From: Bdellovibrionota bacterium | Lineage (GTDB): Bacteria; Bdellovibrionota; UBA1018; UBA923 | Length of the DNA: 56,512 nt | Reading direction: 5' to 3' | NCBI GenBank assembly: GCA_040754655.1 | Contig: JBFMCE010000007.1 | Location: 1-56,512, forward strand | The notes under the pieces: model-generated | Seen by the model: the letters and a program-made list of their open reading frames with translations, nothing else | Database searches by the model: none | Told to the model about the DNA's origin: nothing | Translations under genes and position numbers: made by a program | In this document: one piece after another, positions 51,111-56,512 of the stretch | Numbering within the stretch: the stretch's first letter is position 1 | How the letters are laid out: the number at the start of each line of letters is the position of its first letter

Positions 51111-51587
51111 ATGGCGGCGAAACCTGAGTCAAAGGGCGAAAGCGCGCTGATCTGCGCGAATAAGAATGCCTCACGAAACTATCATTTGCTTGAGCGCTAC
51201 GAGGCGGGAATGGTACTGCAAGGCACCGAAGTAAAGTCGATTCGAAACGGAGCCGTTCACCTCAATGACGCTTATGGGACTGTTGAAAACGACGAAGTCT
51301 ATGTTCTCAACATGCATGTAGGCCCATACTCGCATGGCAATCGCTTCAACCATGAGCCCTTAAGGAAACGCAAACTTTTGCTTCACCGAAATGAGATCAA
51401 CAAACTCATCGGGGCGGTCGTGGAAAAAGGGTTTACCCTTGTCCCAGTGAAGCTTTTCTGGGTAAAAGGACGGGTAAAGATCGAACTTGCCCTAGCGAAG
51501 GGCAAAACAAAAGGGGATCGCCGCGAAGACATCAAGCGGCGGGATGCGGATCGAGAAATAGACTCTGCTATGAAACGAAAGAGATGA
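51111..51587 (+). CDS. smpB: SsrA-binding protein
   Basis: YEAGMVLQGTEVKSIR, NHEPLRKRKLLLHRNEI, LAKGK..DRRE. Confidence 0.97.
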   Translation: MAAKPESKGESALICANKNASRNYHLLERYEAGMVLQGTEVKSIRNGAVHLNDAYGTVENDEVYVLNMHVGPYSHGNRFNHEPLRKRKLLLHRNEINKLIGAVVEKGFTLVPVKLFWVKGRVKIELALAKGKTKGDRREDIKRRDADREIDSAMKRKR

Positions 51588-51596
51588 GGGGGAAAA

Positions 51597-53429
51597 ATGC
51601 AATCTTCGCAACGCCAACTATTTCCAACAATCACACAGGCATTTCTCAACCGGGTGCGCAATCAACCCCATCGACAAGCCTTCTTTTCTAAACAGGGAAC
51701 CGAGTGGAAGGGCATCACTTGGAAAGAGTACTACGACAATGTACGCCCGCTTTCGCTTGGCCTTGCGGAACTTGGCGTTAAGAACACCGAAAAAGTTTGC
51801 CTGATCTCGAACACGAGAATTGAATGGGCCGCGGCCGACATGGCAATCTTAGGAGCCCGAGGCATTACAGTGCCTATTTATGCCTCGAACACGGCAGAAG
51901 AAACCGCCTACATCATCAACCACTGCGAAGCTCGGATCGTTTTCGTCGAAGACAATAAACAGCTCGAGAAGGTGCTGTCGATACGCGCTCAGCTTCCCAA
52001 GGTCGAAAAGATCATCTGTTTCTCAATGGCAGCTACCCCTTCGCTCGCTGAAGAAAAAGACGTCCTCTCGCTTTCGGCTCTGCGTGAACTTGGAAAAAGA
52101 TTCCCTCACCCGGAAAGTTTCGATCAAAATCTTACAGCGGTTAAGCCTGAGGACATATTCACGATCTGCTACACCTCTGGAACCACCGGGGTGCCTAAAG
52201 GCGTTGTTTTGAAATACGACAGCCTCACCTCTGCAATTGGCGATGTCGATCAGGTGCTTGGCAAAGAGGTCACTGAAGAAGACATTGTGCTCTCGTTCCT
52301 GCCAATCTCGCATATCTTTGGAAAAGTCGAAAGCATGGCGGCCTACCATTTTGGTTGGCAGGTTTATTATGCGGAAAGCATTGAAAAACTTCTTTTGAAT
52401 ATGGGTGAAATTCGACCAACACTCCTCTTCGCAGTACCCCGCGTCTTCGAGAAAGCGTACAACCGGATCAAAGCCAGCATTGATGATTCATCAGCAACAA
52501 AGCGAGGCCTCTTTGGCTGGGCCCTTGCCGCAGGGCAGGCTTATTACAACAAAGTTTGGAGCGACAAACGCCCATCACTCAGTGAGACCCTGCAGTATGA
52601 GCTAGCGCGAAGACTTGTTTTCAAGAAGGTATATGCACGTTTTGGCGGCAGAATCCGTTTTTGCATCGCAGGTGGAGCTCCATTACCAAAAGCCATCGGA
52701 GAATTCATGCGCATCGTGGGCATTCCGATTCTCGAAGGCTATGGTCTCACCGAGACTTGCGCCCCAGTGACCGTGAATTCTGTCGAAAAAATGAAGTTTG
52801 GCTCGATCGGTAAACCGCTACCTGAAGTAACTCTTAAGATTGCTTCGGATGGCGAGATCTTAGTCAAAAGCCGAAAGGTTTTTGTCGAGTACTATAAGAA
52901 TCCAGAGGCCACTGCAGAGGTCAAAGATCAAGAAGGCTGGTTTCACACGGGCGACATTGGAGTGATCGATGGCGAGGGCTATGTTCGAATCACAGATCGA
53001 AAGAAAGACCTCATCGTAACAAGCGGTGGAAAAAACGTCGCGCCCCAAAAAATCGAAAACTTGGCTAAGACTCACAAGTACATCAGCCAATTCATGGTCC
53101 ATGGTGATCGCCGCAATTTCTTGACTGCTTTGGTGGTTCTCGAAAAAGAAGAAGTCATCAAATACGCCAAAGAGAACAATATTCTGTTTAGTGAATACAG
53201 CGAATTAGTAAAAAACCCTAAAATTCAAGCACTTGTACAATCTATCTTGGACGAGGTGAACAGCCACCTTGCAAGCTTTGAGAGCATCAAACGCTTTAAG
53301 ATTCTTGCCAATGAATTCACCATCGAATCAGGTGAATTGACCCCGTCGCTAAAAATCAGAAGAAGATTTTGCGTCGAAAAGTATAAATCCGAGCTCGATT
53401 CTCTCTATGGGGGTTCTGCCGCTAGTTAA
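51597..53429 (+). CDS. fadD: Long-chain fatty acid--CoA ligase
   Basis: YTSGTTGVPKG, FLPISH, VPRVFEK, EGYGLTE, GWFHTGDIG, ITDRKKDLI, GELTPSLKIRR. Confidence 0.9.
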   Translation: MQSSQRQLFPTITQAFLNRVRNQPHRQAFFSKQGTEWKGITWKEYYDNVRPLSLGLAELGVKNTEKVCLISNTRIEWAAADMAILGARGITVPIYASNTAEETAYIINHCEARIVFVEDNKQLEKVLSIRAQLPKVEKIICFSMAATPSLAEEKDVLSLSALRELGKRFPHPESFDQNLTAVKPEDIFTICYTSGTTGVPKGVVLKYDSLTSAIGDVDQVLGKEVTEEDIVLSFLPISHIFGKVESMAAYHFGWQVYYAESIEKLLLNMGEIRPTLLFAVPRVFEKAYNRIKASIDDSSATKRGLFGWALAAGQAYYNKVWSDKRPSLSETLQYELARRLVFKKVYARFGGRIRFCIAGGAPLPKAIGEFMRIVGIPILEGYGLTETCAPVTVNSVEKMKFGSIGKPLPEVTLKIASDGEILVKSRKVFVEYYKNPEATAEVKDQEGWFHTGDIGVIDGEGYVRITDRKKDLIVTSGGKNVAPQKIENLAKTHKYISQFMVHGDRRNFLTALVVLEKEEVIKYAKENNILFSEYSELVKNPKIQALVQSILDEVNSHLASFESIKRFKILANEFTIESGELTPSLKIRRRFCVEKYKSELDSLYGGSAAS

Positions 53430-53531
53430 AAGTCTGGGAGCACCTTTTAAGCCGTCGGCCTATAGTTGACAAGCGCCCCAGATTTCTAGTAACTAACGAG
53501 ACCTACACTCATTTTAAGGAGAATCTTAAAG

Positions 53532-53744
53532 ATGGCTCGCATTACCATTGAAGATTGTTTGGATCACGTCGACAACATGTATGAACTTGTCCATGTTGCA
53601 ACCTTACGTGCGCGTCAACTTTTCAAGGGCTCTCATCGTACCGTTCGTTGTAAGAACAAAGAAGTCGTTTGCTCACTTCGTGAGATCGCTGCTGGTCATA
53701 TTGCCAAGGGCGAAGACAACGACGGAGTTTCTCACCACAATTAA
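53532..53744 (+). CDS. rpoZ: RNA polymerase omega subunit
   Basis: [10 protein letters not shown]…ELV..A..RARQL…LREIAAG; RBS TAAGGAG; a TTGACA at 53466 upstream. Confidence 0.95.
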   Translation: MARITIEDCLDHVDNMYELVHVATLRARQLFKGSHRTVRCKNKEVVCSLREIAAGHIAKGEDNDGVSHHN

Positions 53745-56227
53745 TGTTGCAAGGCGTTCTTAAAAACGTCTTCCACGGTATCTGCAAAGACAAATTTCAA
53801 ACCTTTCAGATTTGGGTCTGGAATTTCCTTAAGGTCCTTCTTGTTCTGCTTCGGCAAGATGATCGTGTGGATCCCCGCTCTTTTCGCCGCCAAAACCTTT
53901 TCGCGGATCCCACCGACAGGCAATACTTTGCCCGTGAGAGAAAGCTCGCCCGTCATAGCCACGCCTTTTTTCACCTGATTACCGGTGACCAAGGAAAGCA
54001 GCGCCGTCGCCATTGTCACGCCGGCAGAAGGACCATCTTTAGGAATCGCGCCTGCGGGAACGTGCACATGAATATCGTTTTCATCGAAGAACTTTCTCGC
54101 GACCTTGCTCGTCTTGGTTTTCTTCTTCACATAGCTGTAAGCAATGGCTGCCGACTCCGTCATCACTTCGCCAAGCTGGCCCGTCAATTTGAACTGACCA
54201 AACGTCGCCTCGCGTGCCGCTTGAACAGCTTCCGCTTCAGAAGCTGCGACCGAGTTTCTGACATGACCCAATCCCACTTTGCTCAGGCGTCTTGGCACAT
54301 CCCCCGCCTCTACGAACAAGACCTGTCCTCCAAGCGGCGTCCAAGCCAATCCCACCACGACTCCTGGCGACTGAACACGCCTCAGAACTTCGTTCTCAAA
54401 CCGTTCTGGCCCTAAATATTCATAGAGCTCGGTGGGCTTAATGGTGACTTTTCTCAGTTTTAGGTTCTCTACGATCTGAGAGGCAACCCTCCGCAGGATC
54501 GCCGCAATGCTTTGCTGCAATGAGCGCATGCCGGGTTCGCGACAATAAGAGGTCATGATCCTCTCAAGAGTCGCCTTGGGTATCTCGACTTGTTCCGCCT
54601 TCAATCCATGCCTCTCGAGCTCACGCGGCATAACGTGGGTTCGCGCGATCTGTTCTTTTTCCTCAAAGGTGTACCCGTTGAGTTCAATCACCTCCATCCG
54701 ATCAAGCAAAGGCGCCGGAATGCTTGCCGTCGTATTCGCGGTCACCACGAACATCACGTTTGAAAGATCAAATGGCACATCCAAGTAATGGTCGAGGAAA
54801 GACTGGTTTTGCTCGGGATCAAGAACCTCGAGCAACGCGCTCGCAGGATCGCCTTGAAAACTGGCTCCTAGTTTATCGACCTCATCCAAAAGCAAGACCG
54901 GGTTCTGGCTGCCAGAGCGTTTGAGGGAACTGAGGATCTTGCCAGGCATTGCTCCGATGTAAGTACGGCGATGGCCTTTGATCTCAGCCTCATCCCGCAT
55001 TCCTCCAAGCGAAAACCGGAAGAACTTCCTGCCCATGGCACGCGCGATCGATTTTCCCAAACTTGTTTTCCCCACGCCGGGCGGGCCTACAAGGCAAAGA
55101 ACCGAACCTTTGGCCGAAGGATTGAGTTTTCTCACGGCAAGGTATTCTAAGATTCGATTTTTGACTTTGGGAATCCCGTAGTGGTCTTCTTCCAATACTT
55201 TTTTTGCATTCTTGAGATCGAGATTGTCTTCTGTCAGAGCGCCCCAAGGAAGAGAAAGCATCCAATCAAGGTAATTCCTCGTCACGTTGTATTCTGGAGA
55301 CGAATCAGAAAGCGTCTCTAATTTTCCGAGCTCTTCGAGCGCGACTTTTTTTGCTTCCTCAGAAAGCTTGGTCTGCTCGATGCGCTCTCGGTATTTCTCG
55401 GCTGAGCGCGGTCCTTCTTCCTCGCCGCCCAACTCCCGCCTGATGCTTCTCATCTGCTCACGCAAAAAGAATTCGCGCTGCATGCGATGGATCTTCTGAT
55501 TCACATCTTCATTGATCTTACGTTGCAAGTCGGCGACCTCTTGTTCTTTTTTGAGATGAAACAAGAGCTTTTCAAATCTTTCACGCACAATGGTGGTCTC
55601 AAGAAAGTCTTGCGCGTCTTCTTTTTTGAGAGAAAGAGCAAACGCAACAAGGTCAGCCAGAGCGGCTGCTCCAGGCGCATTCACCATGGCGATCTTGATT
55701 TCTTCGCTGAAGAAAGGATTGGTTTCTGAAAGCTTCTTCACCTGTGAAACAACCGAACGAGTCAAGGCATCAAGCTCGATCGACTTTTCCAAGATGTCGT
55801 CGAGATATTCCACTTGCACGACGCTATAAGGTTCTTCGCGCACCACCTTCTTCACGCGGAAACGTTTTAGGCTATGAACAAGTACAGTCATTCCGCCGTC
55901 CGAGGTGTTGAGTTTTTTGATGATGCGAACTGCCGTTCCTATGGAATAAAGCCCTCGCGGCAAATCGCTGTTCGGCAATCCCTCGGAATGCGCGTGTTCC
56001 GTAGAATCTTCTTTCGTTAGAATAAGTCCTACGATGCCTCGGTTTGCTAAAGCATGCTCTACCGTTTCTACAAGTTTGGCCTTGCTCAGGACAAGGGGCG
56101 TCACCATTCCCGGAAATACCGGAGAAGTTTGAATCGGTATTACAAATAAAGTTTGGGGCAATAGCGCGTCGGCTGCAACCAACTCTGAATTGGAAAGGAC
56201 AGGTGCTTCGTTGCTTGATTCATCCAT
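53741..56227 (-). CDS. lon: ATP-dependent protease Lon
   Basis: LonN domain, [42 protein letters not shown] (Ser), GGIREK (Lys). Confidence 0.98.
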   Translation of the reverse strand: MDESSNEAPVLSNSELVAADALLPQTLFVIPIQTSPVFPGMVTPLVLSKAKLVETVEHALANRGIVGLILTKEDSTEHAHSEGLPNSDLPRGLYSIGTAVRIIKKLNTSDGGMTVLVHSLKRFRVKKVVREEPYSVVQVEYLDDILEKSIELDALTRSVVSQVKKLSETNPFFSEEIKIAMVNAPGAAALADLVAFALSLKKEDAQDFLETTIVRERFEKLLFHLKKEQEVADLQRKINEDVNQKIHRMQREFFLREQMRSIRRELGGEEEGPRSAEKYRERIEQTKLSEEAKKVALEELGKLETLSDSSPEYNVTRNYLDWMLSLPWGALTEDNLDLKNAKKVLEEDHYGIPKVKNRILEYLAVRKLNPSAKGSVLCLVGPPGVGKTSLGKSIARAMGRKFFRFSLGGMRDEAEIKGHRRTYIGAMPGKILSSLKRSGSQNPVLLLDEVDKLGASFQGDPASALLEVLDPEQNQSFLDHYLDVPFDLSNVMFVVTANTTASIPAPLLDRMEVIELNGYTFEEKEQIARTHVMPRELERHGLKAEQVEIPKATLERIMTSYCREPGMRSLQQSIAAILRRVASQIVENLKLRKVTIKPTELYEYLGPERFENEVLRRVQSPGVVVGLAWTPLGGQVLFVEAGDVPRRLSKVGLGHVRNSVAASEAEAVQAAREATFGQFKLTGQLGEVMTESAAIAYSYVKKKTKTSKVARKFFDENDIHVHVPAGAIPKDGPSAGVTMATALLSLVTGNQVKKGVAMTGELSLTGKVLPVGGIREKVLAAKRAGIHTIILPKQNKKDLKEIPDPNLKGLKFVFADTVEDVFKNALQH

Positions 56228-56277
56228 GTCTCTAAAATGGCAACGAAACCCAAAACGTCAATCCTGAGAAGGTCTAA

Positions 56278-56512
56278 CTAATTGTGGCGACTTAAAATTT
56301 TCAATTCAATGTTACGAAGCATTTCGTTAGCTCGAGAGGAATCAGCCTCAGAAGCGGAAGTCCACCCATCGAAAGACCCATCTGATTTGAACTTCTCGAT
56401 TTCTTCGTCAGTGTCGACCGTGACCTTCACGCTTCCAATCTGTTTATTTAATGATATCATAAACTTATATCGAGTCTGGAGATACTTCTTCCTCGGAAAA
56501 CCATCTACCTTA
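56278..56512 (-). CDS. 3' end of a hypothetical protein running in from beyond the window
   Basis: Frame has no stop up to the window edge: …KVDGFPRKKYLQTRYKFMISLNKQ…RNIELKILSRHN*; the Met at 56460 is probably internal. Confidence 0.7.
   Translation of the reverse strand, partial: KVDGFPRKKYLQTRYKFMISLNKQIGSVKVTVDTDEEIEKFKSDGSFDGWTSASEADSSRANEMLRNIELKILSRHN

Noticed and set aside
51588..51596. tmRNA gene next to smpB
   Set aside because: No space: fadD starts 9 nt after smpB and DUF502 ends 2 nt before it.

Overview
Dense, mostly housekeeping chromosomal segment of a Gram-negative bacterium. It is probably Bdellovibrionota or a related 'deltaproteobacterium'; this is inferred from a TIGR04552-like gene, the HD-GYP/HNH/DUF4398 protein styles and the FliA-like and sigma54-like promoters, not from a marker-gene search. 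Core genes: feoB (3' part), carB, greA, recG, pgpA, recA, alaS, pal, cpoB, tsaD, rsmA, smpB, fadD, rpoZ, lon. Accessory modules: a CHASE2 adenylate cyclase plus cNMP-binding protein pair; an orphan cluster of overlapping Flp/TadE-like prepilins embedded among sugar-nucleotide and glycosyltransferase genes; a carB-linked SxtJ/SxtK/SxtI-like O-carbamoyltransferase cassette; an operon joining a RelA/SpoT-synthetase-like protein (TIGR04552-like) to a degenerate flavoprotein and a four-module Fe-S fusion protein; and a UshA-like/tetraheme cytochrome fusion behind pal-cpoB. The most unusual stretch is a ~3.9 kb insert between recA and alaS (no recX). It holds a secreted Zn-protease gene, ~735 bp of hairpin-rich non-coding DNA with a perfect 24-bp palindrome, and an HNH nuclease gene that carries a 21/22 copy of that palindrome in its own coding sequence. 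No rRNA, tRNA, CRISPR array or classical IS transposase was recognised. All family names come from motif recognition by eye and need HMM confirmation.
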